A DNA stretch of 63,757 nt from Candidatus Eiseniibacteriota bacterium (GCA_038231135.1 JBBRLX010000027.1:1-63757); one strand, 5' to 3'; shown: positions 30,301 through 38,643, numbered from the stretch's first letter. Notes: generated from the sequence alone by a model not told the origin. Translations and numbers: made by a program.

Positions 30301-30769
30301 GCCCGATGATGGCTCGGGTGCGTGGCAGCAGGTCGCCGTGGGCGACACGATTCCCGAGCCACGCATCGAAAGCTCCGTGGTGTTCGATACCCGCCGCGGA
30401 CGCATGTTGATGTGGGGAGGCAATATCGGCCCCGTCAATTGCATCGCGCTGTGGGCATTCACGCCCGGCTCGCCGCCCTACCCACGGCCGAGACCGCGTC
30501 CGCCGAACTCGCAGTTCGCGCTGCGCACTTCGAGTCCGGCGCGCGGCTGCGTCGGTGTTGCCTTCACGCTGCGCGACCGCGAGCCCGCGCAACTCGAACT
30601 CTATGACATCGCGGGGCGGCGGGTGGCGTCCCACGATGTCGGAAATCTGGGAGCGGGCGAGCATCGGCTCCAACTCGCGGAAACGACCGGACTCGCGCCC
30701 GGGATCTATCTCGTGAGGCTGAGACGTGTTGACGAAATCAGCACCTCGCGCGTGGTCCTGTTGAAATAG
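27353..30769 (+). CDS. Large secreted Kelch-repeat protein with C-terminal sorting domain
   Basis: Signal peptide; about 17 Kelch-like blades (YDP...R.LLFGG....D.W); C-terminus LYDIAGRRVA...LAPGIYLVRL. Confidence 0.9.
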   Translation: MRALTIVFRIAIPVAVLVSFGERAAADAEVTSFIVAPGTESFDGVRADSLVTAFPGRTAGVPILRSVPRGLPRQKFPRSTGDPQGRWSRLGYADPEPRDSPSLVYDPIRKRLILFGGFDGSEYHNDTWERPADGETEWQRLPLEGRLPPGRSRHVAVFDSIADAMVVYGGQDANHYLGDIWTLDLKGGTGWRELEQADEPRPVPRGGCVGVLETTRHRLVIAAGATDLTVLNDVWGFDLDTGHWATMVPQAVEALARSHLALAYDSRRQRWLGFGGEGYNDLLSWDMARGNGWSKLDYADQGPVGLGDPCAVYDSLRDQLIVLGGSADPDFAMELSVIDLARQTRGAPRHVPGEQPPPLHGAAAVYDPLHDRVLVFGGATESAVMGDLWQLSLGDSMHWTRLAGPGSGAPSPREYASSVYDPVHRRWVILFGWDGSKPLRDIWNYDFESGRWSQNLFADYGFPAPGLYGVATAYDPIHNRVLLFGGSDGVNWLQNAWQFEMAPEPDRLSPLAVIGDWPRKRAFASAFYDPSLDAMRMFGGQPEGGGSSYGDQWIMRTMDFHATWQRWVAPDATPKPHAFGSGIYDPIGDRLVEVGGWQDAHTLLPRVWSIGLADSIPHWSHYGTGIEAYGGVAGYDAGRQQMVIFGGNLGSERTNTVWDVPLADEPILPASPAGPTPAPRYLHAAATDPHGHRMFVYGGAAYLSTNRDLFGDLWELDFDGAGAWHRLLASPPFPEQRSTHAALYDAARDRMLLFGGGTLDDSVWVLPLGGALRWSKLATQGPSPGWRAGPGIVYDARRDRAIVLGGSQGPTSPLKDAWALTLSEPPTWSLIVPRDTLPEGGENSSCVYDSLRDRIVDFGGDVTFQRRRFDYWRFRPGAFALSLADPTWSRLDVVGGPAGNRTNQAAALERSGTTILSFGGVDDQVDGTVCDTWAIALDSTRFAYQSVDACTGPAAANSPTIVRDPDHQTLLLNEGNPSTVWIRPDDGSGAWQQVAVGDTIPEPRIESSVVFDTRRGRMLMWGGNIGPVNCIALWAFTPGSPPYPRPRPRPPNSQFALRTSSPARGCVGVAFTLRDREPAQLELYDIAGRRVASHDVGNLGAGEHRLQLAETTGLAPGIYLVRLRRVDEISTSRVVLLK

Positions 30770-30844
30770 CCGTGGTCCGCGCGAGCCTCGATGCCCGAGG
30801 AGCCCGGCGAACCTTCCGCGAATCAACGGAGCCGCCGTGGGTTC

Positions 30845-31789
30845 CTACTTCGAGGTCGCCGAAACGTGAGTCTTCGATGCGCGGCAGCCCGCCTTGATGG
30901 CGTCGGCTTCGGTCATGTACTGCCCATCCTTGGTCTTTCCATACCAGCGGTCGCCCGGGTAGTGGTAGACCTTGGTCGACAGATTGACCCAGACCATTCC
31001 CGCGACCGGCGGCGCGTCCGCACGCGTGGACCGGGCTTCGGGCGCCGATGTTGCGGGCGGCGTGGCGGACTGGGCTTCCGAACCGGTCGGGGATGCCTGG
31101 TTCCGCTTGCCGCCGAACCACCGGGACAGCCGGTTCCCCGATGCGGCGGGGCGGACGGATGCGGCAGCCGCGGGAGCGCTGGTAGGCCCGGCCGACACCC
31201 GGCCCGCGAGCGTTCGCATCGTTCTCGCAGACACCCCCGCGTGTCCGAGATCCGCGACCGACGAATAGGGCCGGCCGGCGATGATCTTCTTCGCCGTGGC
31301 GGCTCCGACGCCGGGCAGCGCCTCGAGCTGGGCCTGGGTCGCGTTGTTGATGTCGACGGGGCCCGCGGATGCCGAAGCCGGCATGGCCGCGGACTTCCTC
31401 GAGCGGCCCGTGGTGCGGGTCATGGGTGGTGAGGAGGACGACGCTCGCGATGCGCCGCCGCCGCTCACGGTCACCCGGTTCGAGATGGTTCGAACCGTGC
31501 CCGCGGCCACGCCGGCGCGCTTGAGATCGGCCACGTCGGAGTAGGGTCGGCCCGCGATGATCTTCTTCGCCGTGGCGGCGCCCACGCCGGGCAACGCCTC
31601 GAGTTGCGCCTGGCTGGCGGTGTTCAGATCGACCGGTCCCGAGGTGGAATTGGCGGCTGCGCCCGCAGTCCTGTTCGACGTGCTCCTGGCGTGACGGCTC
31701 TTGCTCCATCCGGCGGCGGGCATGATCAGCAGCGCCATCAGTCCGAACACCCAGGAACCTGTCCAAACTCTCGCGCGGGATACCGGCAT
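30845..31789 (-). CDS. ComEA-like protein: two helix-hairpin-helix modules plus a small C-terminal domain
   Basis: ATG 31789 with AAGGAG RBS; two copies of PVD(L/I)N.A.QAQLEALPGVGAATAKKIIAGRPYS; C-terminus VWVNLSTKVYHYPGDRWYGKTKDGQYMTEADAIKAG. Confidence 0.85.
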   Translation of the reverse strand: MPVSRARVWTGSWVFGLMALLIMPAAGWSKSRHARSTSNRTAGAAANSTSGPVDLNTASQAQLEALPGVGAATAKKIIAGRPYSDVADLKRAGVAAGTVRTISNRVTVSGGGASRASSSSPPMTRTTGRSRKSAAMPASASAGPVDINNATQAQLEALPGVGAATAKKIIAGRPYSSVADLGHAGVSARTMRTLAGRVSAGPTSAPAAAASVRPAASGNRLSRWFGGKRNQASPTGSEAQSATPPATSAPEARSTRADAPPVAGMVWVNLSTKVYHYPGDRWYGKTKDGQYMTEADAIKAGCRASKTHVSATSK

Positions 31790-32001
31790 CGACGAACTCC
31801 TTCTCAGGGGGCGGCCCCACCGGGCCCGCTCGATGCGGGTGCCAAGGATCGCCACGACGGCCGTTTCGAGGGGGTGAGCTGACCATACCCTAGCGGAGCG
31901 GCACCCACGGCTCAATGACCGCATTCAGAAACCGATTCAGGAACTGGTGTGGGCTGCCGCGACGCGGTTAGACTCCGTTCACGACGGAAGGGGATCCAGC
32001 C

Positions 32002-32409
32002 GTGCCGCACGCAATCTCGATGGTGGCGCTCGTGGTCCGGGAGTACGACGAGGCGATCGCGTTCTTCACCGCGGCGCTCGGGTTCGAACTCATCGAAGAT
32101 GACCCGCGCGCCGACGGAAAACGCTGGGTGGTCGTGGCGCCGCCCGGCGACGGAGGTGCTGCCCTGCTGCTCGCGAAGGCCGTCACTCCCGAGCAGCGCG
32201 CCTCGATCGGCAACCAGGCGGGGGGGCGGGTGTTCCTGTTCCTGCGGACATCCGAGTTCCGGCGCGACTACGAACGCATGCGGACACATGGTGTCCGGTT
32301 CACGGAGGAACCGCGGCAGGAGCCCTACGGCACCGTGGTCGTGTTCCTCGATCTCTACGGAAACAAGTGGGACCTGGTGGAACCGTCCAATGCAATCGAT
32401 GGCATTTGA
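32002..32409 (+). CDS. VOC/glyoxalase family protein
   Basis: ALVVREYDEAIAFF...LGFELIED...KRWVVV...GNQAGGRVFLFL...EPYGTVVVF.DLYGNKWDL. Confidence 0.9.
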   Translation: MPHAISMVALVVREYDEAIAFFTAALGFELIEDDPRADGKRWVVVAPPGDGGAALLLAKAVTPEQRASIGNQAGGRVFLFLRTSEFRRDYERMRTHGVRFTEEPRQEPYGTVVVFLDLYGNKWDLVEPSNAIDGI

Positions 32410-32998
32410 TCGCGAAGTAGCTCGGCTCCAGGCGCAATTACCCGCGGGGCCACGCCTCGCCATCCTGGGTAGCACGTCGTTCTGGCACGCGGAGAGCGAG
32501 GAGACGTGCGGCGCACTCGGACGATCGCTGGCGGGCGTGCACGGGCTGGTGCTCGTGACCGGCGGGGTCGAGGGCGCCGGCGAATCGGTTGGCCGGAGCT
32601 TCCTGGCGACCCGGGAACGCATTGCGGCGGACGGCCGCCTGTACCACGTGCTCCCCGAGGGTTACTCCCCGCGGGACTTCGGCGAAACGCTGTTCGCCGG
32701 ATCCGACATGGGAGAGCGCAGGGAGGTCCTGGGACGATTGGTCGAGGCGTACGTCGTGATCGAAGGTGGCCCGGGCACGGCGCACGAGGCCGCCGTTGCC
32801 ATGGCTCGCCCGGCAGTCGTGATCCCGGTGGGTCGCTCGGGCGGATGTGCCGCCGAGCTATACCCCAAGATGGCGCGACCGGCATTCGCGGACGACCGCA
32901 CATGGGCCCTCCTCGACGACTCGTCCGCCTCGGCGGCGCAGGTGGCTCAGGCGGTCACGGATCTCGTGCGAGCGAATCGGGTGATGCGGCCGGGTTGA
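32399..32998 (+). CDS. SLOG/LOG-like nucleotide-binding protein
   Basis: LAILGS, LVTGG, ERR.VL, IEGGPGTAHEA (PGGxGTxxE-like), VIPVGRSGG; overlaps the VOC stop. Confidence 0.7.
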   Translation: MAFDREVARLQAQLPAGPRLAILGSTSFWHAESEETCGALGRSLAGVHGLVLVTGGVEGAGESVGRSFLATRERIAADGRLYHVLPEGYSPRDFGETLFAGSDMGERREVLGRLVEAYVVIEGGPGTAHEAAVAMARPAVVIPVGRSGGCAAELYPKMARPAFADDRTWALLDDSSASAAQVAQAVTDLVRANRVMRPG

Positions 32999-33050
32999 AT
33001 GCCCGGGGAGTTGGGAAGCGTCCCACGGACGCCCGCAGCCGCGGCGCCGT

Positions 33051-33243
33051 CAGGCACTGGCCCGCCGCGGCGTGAACCCCTGGGCAGATCATCCGGGAGC
33101 CGGTGACCCATATCGATTCCTGGGGACGCGCCTACGCACGGTATCGCGACGTCGTGGAGCCGCCCCAGACGACGACCGAGAAGGTGCTGGCGTTCCAGTC
33201 GGACTTCCGGCGAATCACGGATGCCGGCGGCCGCCTGGTGTGA
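33051..33243 (+). pseudogene. Possible short gene remnant
   Basis: Coding-like codon bias: QALARRGVNP/GQIIREPVTHIDSWGRAYARYRDVVEPPQTTTEKVLAFQSDFRRITDAGGRLV*, with a 1-bp shift in CCCC at 33077-33080; no clear start. Confidence 0.3.
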
Positions 33244-33379
33244 TACCCGTCGCGTCGAGGCACGTGCGTGCCACGACGCGACGGCAACGCAGGCCGATCC
33301 CGACGATCCACGCGTCCGTGAGCCAGGGCAATTGGGCGCAGCCACACTGCTACCTCTGGATACTTTCGCTTCGCCGCCG

Positions 33380-33419
33380 GTCAATCTATTTTGACATCGT
33401 GGTTCGCGAGGTGGACAGT
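33380..33419 (+). promoter_or_regulatory. Candidate sigma70 promoter TTGACA-N17-GACAGT overlapped by palindrome GTCAA-N6-TTGAC
   Basis: AT-rich patch about 130 bp upstream of the cytochrome-porin gene. Confidence 0.5.
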
Positions 33420-33546
33420 GTGCGGCGAACATGCGGGCGGACGGCCGCACGACCGCAGCACGGCCCATGGTTTCGCCGGCGTCGGTCGACATATCGAGGC
33501 AGTCTCCTCACAGGCCGAAGGCCGATCCTACTCGGGAGGTGCCTTC

Positions 33547-34806
33547 ATGCCCACGATCCGGTCGTCCGGGATGCGTCCGCTGCTCCTGATCCTCGCCACG
33601 GCCTGTGTCGCGCTGGCATGGATCGCGCTGTGCGCCCCGCGGGACGTCACGGCCACACCCGCCTACGCGCGCCGGTTCGGCGTCGAGTGCCAGACGTGCC
33701 ACTCGCCGAATCCGCCCCGGCTGAACAACGTCGGCATGGTGTTTCGCCGTTCGGGATTCCGGCTTCCCGACGCCGATGATTCGGGCAAGCTCATGCTCAA
33801 GGCCGTACCCGCGACGACGATCGGTGATGCGGCGGCGATCGCGGGTCAGTTCGACGGAACGCTGATTCAGACCCCCGAACCGGGGGCGAGCAAGTCGACG
33901 TTCGAGCTCAGCGAGGTCGAGTTGATCACCGGCACCTCGATCGGCGACCACTATTCGGCGCAGATGCTGTTCATACCCTATAACGATGCCGGCGAGTCCG
34001 AGCTCGAGAACGCCGAGTTCCAACTCAACTACGGTAAGCCGGGGAGCCAGCTCATCGTCCGTGGTGGAAAGATGCAGCCGCTCGTGTGGCAGAAGGCGGG
34101 ACACGGGAGCATGACGCAGTCCTCGCCCCTGATTCTCGACGAGGGTTCGCCTGCGGCGATCGGCGACTTCGCGGGCCCCGGCTTGAGCCACATGCTGGCC
34201 GGCATGGAAGTCGGCTATATGGGAGCGAGCCTCAAGAACGGCAAGCTCATGTCCGGAATGGTCTCGGTTGCCGCGTTGAACGGCTTCGCGGCCGACGGCA
34301 GCGATGCGCGGACCCATTCCGGAGATGGCATGGACGTGCTCGCGCAGGCTACGGCGCTGTTCGGGTCGCGCAACACCGCGAACGTCTACTACTACGACGG
34401 CCACACGGTCGTCGATCCGGGTGGTGTGCTGACGGTGCCCGGGCCGTTCCGCGACCGGTTCACGCGCTATGGCGTGACGGGCAACTTCGCGCCGGTCGAC
34501 CGCATCGATCTCGCGGCCGGATTCGGCGGCGGCAAGGACAAGTCCGACCAGTTGGCACGCGACGTCACCATAAACGGCTACTACGGCGAAATCACCGGCG
34601 AGATCCTGCCGCACTGGATCGCGACCTACCGCTACGACAACGTGAAACCCGACAAGGACGACGACAACTTCAAGATCAGCGATCACGTGATCGGCACGAC
34701 GTATCTGCTGGAGAGCACGGTGTTCCTGTCCCTGGAGTACCAGGAGATCAAGGTTATCGAGGACAAGTCGCACGGGGTCCTGGCCCGCATCCGCGTGCTC
34801 TATTGA
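33547..34806 (+). CDS. Fused monoheme cytochrome c-porin (Cyc2/ExtI-like)
   Basis: ATG 33547 with GGAGG RBS; signal peptide, then ATPAYARRFGVECQTCHSPNPPRLNNVGMVFRRSGF (AxPx[F/Y]AR..GxxCxxCH..PxL..G..F...G[F/Y]); ~350-aa amphipathic barrel ending RIRVLY. Confidence 0.85.
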   Translation: MPTIRSSGMRPLLLILATACVALAWIALCAPRDVTATPAYARRFGVECQTCHSPNPPRLNNVGMVFRRSGFRLPDADDSGKLMLKAVPATTIGDAAAIAGQFDGTLIQTPEPGASKSTFELSEVELITGTSIGDHYSAQMLFIPYNDAGESELENAEFQLNYGKPGSQLIVRGGKMQPLVWQKAGHGSMTQSSPLILDEGSPAAIGDFAGPGLSHMLAGMEVGYMGASLKNGKLMSGMVSVAALNGFAADGSDARTHSGDGMDVLAQATALFGSRNTANVYYYDGHTVVDPGGVLTVPGPFRDRFTRYGVTGNFAPVDRIDLAAGFGGGKDKSDQLARDVTINGYYGEITGEILPHWIATYRYDNVKPDKDDDNFKISDHVIGTTYLLESTVFLSLEYQEIKVIEDKSHGVLARIRVLY

Positions 34807-34837
34807 TTCTGGGATGTTCTTCCGAGGGGGAGGCTGA

Positions 34838-35320
34838 ATGAGGGCAACCAACGTGCGGCGGATCTATGCGCTCGCGGTCCTGGTACTGGTGTCGCTGGCT
34901 GCCGCAGGGCTGGGGCAGGCGGAGCAGGAGAGTGTCGCGGCACTGAAGGCCCGGCTCAAGAAGCTCGACTCGGGCCCGAAGACGCTCGACGTCGCCAAAT
35001 ACCCCAAGGACATGCAGGCCGGCTACGCGCTGTTCGAGAAGAAGTGCGCCAAGTGCCATAGCCCGGCGCGCGCGATCAACAGCGGCTTCGTTCTGCCGGG
35101 AGAGTGGGAGCGCTACATCAAGCGTATGGTGTTCAAGCCGGACTCGAAGATGACCGAGACCGACGGCAAGGCGATCTACCGGTTCCTGGCTTACGACTCG
35201 AGCGTCCGCAAGGCCGAGAGCCTGCGCGCGCACCTCGCCAGCCTGACGCCGGAAGAGCGCGAGGCCGCGATCGCAAAGATCAAGACGCTGAACCCCGCGT
35301 TCGAGCCGGCCGGCAAGTAG
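34838..35320 (+). CDS. Periplasmic monoheme cytochrome c (P840 c-551 C-terminal-domain-like)
   Basis: GGAGG RBS; signal peptide; LFEKKCAKCHS...W..YIKRM..KP. Confidence 0.85.
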   Translation: MRATNVRRIYALAVLVLVSLAAAGLGQAEQESVAALKARLKKLDSGPKTLDVAKYPKDMQAGYALFEKKCAKCHSPARAINSGFVLPGEWERYIKRMVFKPDSKMTETDGKAIYRFLAYDSSVRKAESLRAHLASLTPEEREAAIAKIKTLNPAFEPAGK

Positions 35321-35329
35321 GCGGAACCC

Positions 35330-35809
35330 ATGACCGGGCACGAGATCGGGAACGCCCGCAACCCGTCGCGACGGGCATTCCTGAGCAACCTGGTGCTCGG
35401 AGTCGCGGCGACGCTCGGCGCGGCCACGCTGGCGCAACGGTTCTTCCAGTTCCTGTCGCCGCCCCGGCCTCCGGAGCGCGTGGTCGAGATTCCGGCGATC
35501 GCGCTCGCCGCGATCCCGGACGGCGGCGGCACGATCGTGAACCTGCCGGGCGGTCACGTCGCGATCGAGCGAACGGGCGACACGGTGCGCGCGTTCTCGG
35601 CGGTGTGCACCCACCTGGGATGCGTGATCCAGTGGCAGCCCGTGGCGGGACAGGCGTGGTACTGCCCCTGCCACCACGGTCGCTACGACCGTGACGGACG
35701 GGTGGTCGGCGGCCCGCCGCCGCGCCCGCTGACACCGATCGCGGCGGTGGTGCGCGACGGGCAGGTGGTGGTGAAGCTCACCGTGCGTCCGCCCGCGGGA
35801 ACGATGTGA
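35330..35809 (+). CDS. Rieske [2Fe-2S] subunit of a Rieske/cytochrome b complex
   Basis: Tat motif SRRAFL plus TM helix; box I CTHLGC, box II CPCHHGRY, GPPPRPL. Confidence 0.92.
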   Translation: MTGHEIGNARNPSRRAFLSNLVLGVAATLGAATLAQRFFQFLSPPRPPERVVEIPAIALAAIPDGGGTIVNLPGGHVAIERTGDTVRAFSAVCTHLGCVIQWQPVAGQAWYCPCHHGRYDRDGRVVGGPPPRPLTPIAAVVRDGQVVVKLTVRPPAGTM

Positions 35810-36843
35810 CGGCACAGGCGCTGCGCCGCTGGCTCGCCGAGCGCGTGCCGATTCCCATCGAGGAGTTGCGAAAACCGCTGCGCGAGGAGCTGCCCGTGCA
35901 CCTGCGCACTTGGGTGGGGTGGCTCGGCGGCACGCCGCTCGTGCTGTTCGGCATCCAGGTCATCACCGGGATCCTGCTCACGTTCTACTACACGCCCGAT
36001 CCGTCGCGGGCGTTCGACAGCGTGCGCCGCATCACGTTCAGTTTGCGGTTCGGGTGGCTGATCCGCAGCCTGCATCAGAACGCGGCGCAGTTGATGATCG
36101 TGGCGCTGCTGCTGCACATGATCCGGGTGTTCGTCACCCGCGCCTACCGGCGCCCGCGCGAGCTGACCTGGGTATTCGGTGTCGGGCTGTTCCTGCTGGC
36201 ACTGGGCTTCGGTTTCACCGGCTATTCGCTGGTCTACGACTCGCTGTCCTACTGGGCGACGACCGTCGGCACCAACCTGCTGGGCAACGTGCCGGTCGTG
36301 GGCGCGCAGCTGCTGTGGCTGCTGCGCGGCGGACCCGAGGTGAACCCCAACACGCTGTCGCGCTTCTACAACTTCCACATCGGGGTGCTGCCGACGCTCA
36401 TGGTGCTGGTGATCGGAGCCCACCTGCTGCTCGTGCGCCTGCACGGCGTCGCGCGGCTCGAAGGGGATCCGCGCCGCGAGACCTACGATTTCTTCCCCGA
36501 ACACGTGCTGCGTGAGGCGGCGATCGCGATCGTATTGTTGTTCGCGCTCGTGGTGTATGCCACCGCGCGGCCCCCCGGAATCGGCGAGCCCGCCGATCCC
36601 AACTTCACGCCGGCGCACATCCGCCCCGAGTGGTACTTCTTCCCCTCGTACCGGTGGCTCAAGGTCGTGCCGATGCAGGTGGGCATCTGGACGTCCGCGG
36701 CGTTCGTCCTCGCCATGCTCGGCTGGCCGTGGATCGACGCCGCACTCGAGCGGCTGGCGCCCGGAAGGCGTCTCGGCCTCTGGCTGGGATCCGCGGGATT
36801 CGTATTCACGCTCGTCCTGTTCCTATGGGAGGCGCTGTCATGA
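35806..36843 (+). CDS. petB: Cytochrome b (cytochrome b6 plus subunit IV-like regions in one chain)
   Basis: QVITGILL, GWLIRSLH..AAQLM...LLLHM.RV, PRELTW, GFTGYSL, SYWA, RFYNFH...AHL, HIRPEWYF; GTGA overlap with the Rieske stop. Confidence 0.93.
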   Translation: MTAQALRRWLAERVPIPIEELRKPLREELPVHLRTWVGWLGGTPLVLFGIQVITGILLTFYYTPDPSRAFDSVRRITFSLRFGWLIRSLHQNAAQLMIVALLLHMIRVFVTRAYRRPRELTWVFGVGLFLLALGFGFTGYSLVYDSLSYWATTVGTNLLGNVPVVGAQLLWLLRGGPEVNPNTLSRFYNFHIGVLPTLMVLVIGAHLLLVRLHGVARLEGDPRRETYDFFPEHVLREAAIAIVLLFALVVYATARPPGIGEPADPNFTPAHIRPEWYFFPSYRWLKVVPMQVGIWTSAAFVLAMLGWPWIDAALERLAPGRRLGLWLGSAGFVFTLVLFLWEALS

Positions 36844-37322
36844 CGCTTACGGCTCAGAAGCTGATCGTGGCGTGCCTGAGCCTCGCGCTCGTGGCGGCGC
36901 TGTTCGCGGCGGGATCGGTGGACGCCCGCCGCCAGGCCAGCGCGCGCAAGCATGCGGACGCGTTGCTCGATGACGCGGCGAATCCGCAAGGGGCGCGCGG
37001 CAAGGCGGTGTTCACGAAGTACAGTTGCAATGCGTGTCATGGGGCGGGCGGCGCCGGCGGCATGATGAACATCAATGCCGAGAGCGGGGGCAAGGTGAAC
37101 GGGCTCCTGCACGTCTCCGAGACCTATACGGCCGACGAGTTGGCCGAGAAGATCCGCGGCGGGGTCCCGCTCGTGGGCAAGGCCGACCCCACCGGGCCCG
37201 AGCCCCCGCTCCGCATGCCGCCATTCCGCGACCTGATCGCCGGCCAGGAATTGCGCGATCTGGTGGCGTACCTCATGAGCCTGCGGCCGCCGCCGGGTGA
37301 GGCGAAGTCGTCGGGCTGGTGA
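36840..37322 (+). CDS. Membrane-anchored or periplasmic monoheme cytochrome c
   Basis: ATGA overlap with cytochrome b; hydrophobic N-terminus; RGKAVF.KYSCNACHG, MPPF (Met ligand), LVAYLMSL. Confidence 0.9.
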   Translation: MTLTAQKLIVACLSLALVAALFAAGSVDARRQASARKHADALLDDAANPQGARGKAVFTKYSCNACHGAGGAGGMMNINAESGGKVNGLLHVSETYTADELAEKIRGGVPLVGKADPTGPEPPLRMPPFRDLIAGQELRDLVAYLMSLRPPPGEAKSSGW

Positions 37323-37372
37323 TGGGCGCTCGCGTCGCGGCGTGAGTTCGGGATCGTAACCGCCCCACGGTG

Positions 37373-38437
37373 TTACGTGTTGTCGTGGCGGGGCATGTCG
37401 ATCGTGAAGATGCAACCCTTGCCGGGCAGGTCGCGCACGCGAACCTCGCCGCCGCTCGCCTGGATTCCCCTGCGGCTGATGGAGAGTCCGAGCCCGAGGC
37501 CCTCCCGATTCGTTCCCACTCGCGTAAAGGGACGAAACATGGTCTCGACGTCACCCGGCGGCAGCCCGCCGCACTCGTCCTCGACCTCGAACAGCACGCG
37601 ATCCATCGTGGCGGAGGTCTTCAACGATACATGACCGTGGTAATGGCTGAACTTGAAGGCATTCTGCAGCAAATTGGTCACGGCTGCCGAGAGCGTGGGC
37701 CGGTCGGCGTCGACCGCGAGCCCGTGCTGGACCGGCATGACGGTGAACTCGACGCCGCGGGCATTGGCCTCGAGCGACGCGTCGACTTCGATCTCCTCGA
37801 CGAATTCGGTCACGGAAATACGCTCCCGGTTCTGGACCCCGGAGTCGATGCGGACCTCGGTCAGCGACCGGTCGATGAGGTCCCGCAGGCCGCGCAGGTT
37901 GCGGTCGAGCACGGCGCCCGTGCTGCCGCCGATGCCGACGAGCCCGCTCTTGAGAGTCGCGTGTGCCAGCATCGCGGCGCTGAGCTTGTTGCGCAGCTCG
38001 TGCGCGAGCGATCCCAGGCGCTCCGTCTCCGCATGGTTCTGCGAAGCCTGGCGCAGGCGCGTGTACTCGGTGACGGCGATCGCGATGGCGTCGTCCAGGC
38101 ACCGGGTCAACGTGTGGAACTCGTCGTTCGTGATCGGCGCGTGGGTCTCCGTGGCCATCTCGGTGACGGCCTGGCAGATGTCGCCGTAGTCATGAACCAC
38201 CTGGGCGACCGTGAATCCCATGCGCAGCAGATCGGCGCCATGAATGGTGGCGCTCGCGCCGATGGCGTCGGTGTCGGGCAGTGACAGGCGCAGTTGCTCG
38301 ACGAGCTGGTCGAGGAACAGCGGCACGCCGTTCTGGAGTTCCTCGGGGGTGGGCCGGGGGGCCAGGCGCTTCGCGACCTTGGCCCGCGTCCGGGCGATGA
38401 TCTCGGCGCGATTCTTCGTGACGAATTCGTGGAGCAT
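37373..38437 (-). CDS. Cytoplasmic sensor histidine kinase with N-terminal helical (RsbRD_N-like) domain
   Basis: LAHELRNKL (H box), NLLQNAFKF, EDECGGL, GLGLGLSI; N-terminus HGADLLRMGFTVAQVVHDYGDICQA. Confidence 0.9.
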   Translation of the reverse strand: MLHEFVTKNRAEIIARTRAKVAKRLAPRPTPEELQNGVPLFLDQLVEQLRLSLPDTDAIGASATIHGADLLRMGFTVAQVVHDYGDICQAVTEMATETHAPITNDEFHTLTRCLDDAIAIAVTEYTRLRQASQNHAETERLGSLAHELRNKLSAAMLAHATLKSGLVGIGGSTGAVLDRNLRGLRDLIDRSLTEVRIDSGVQNRERISVTEFVEEIEVDASLEANARGVEFTVMPVQHGLAVDADRPTLSAAVTNLLQNAFKFSHYHGHVSLKTSATMDRVLFEVEDECGGLPPGDVETMFRPFTRVGTNREGLGLGLSISRRGIQASGGEVRVRDLPGKGCIFTIDMPRHDNT

Positions 38438-38643
38438 GAACTCAATCTAAACGTTCCGAGCCGCCGGAAGCAAAAAATTGGGCTCGCCGAACGCGTCCAT
38501 TCGGCTGTGGTTCAGGACTGCATGCCGGGCGTCGAGGCGAGGTCGTGACGACGGCAACTCGTCGTGCCGCAGCTACTCCCACGAGCGGGGTCGCGGGGAA
38601 CCGCAGGACGTCCAACGCGGTTGACGAGCATCGCACATGGGTC

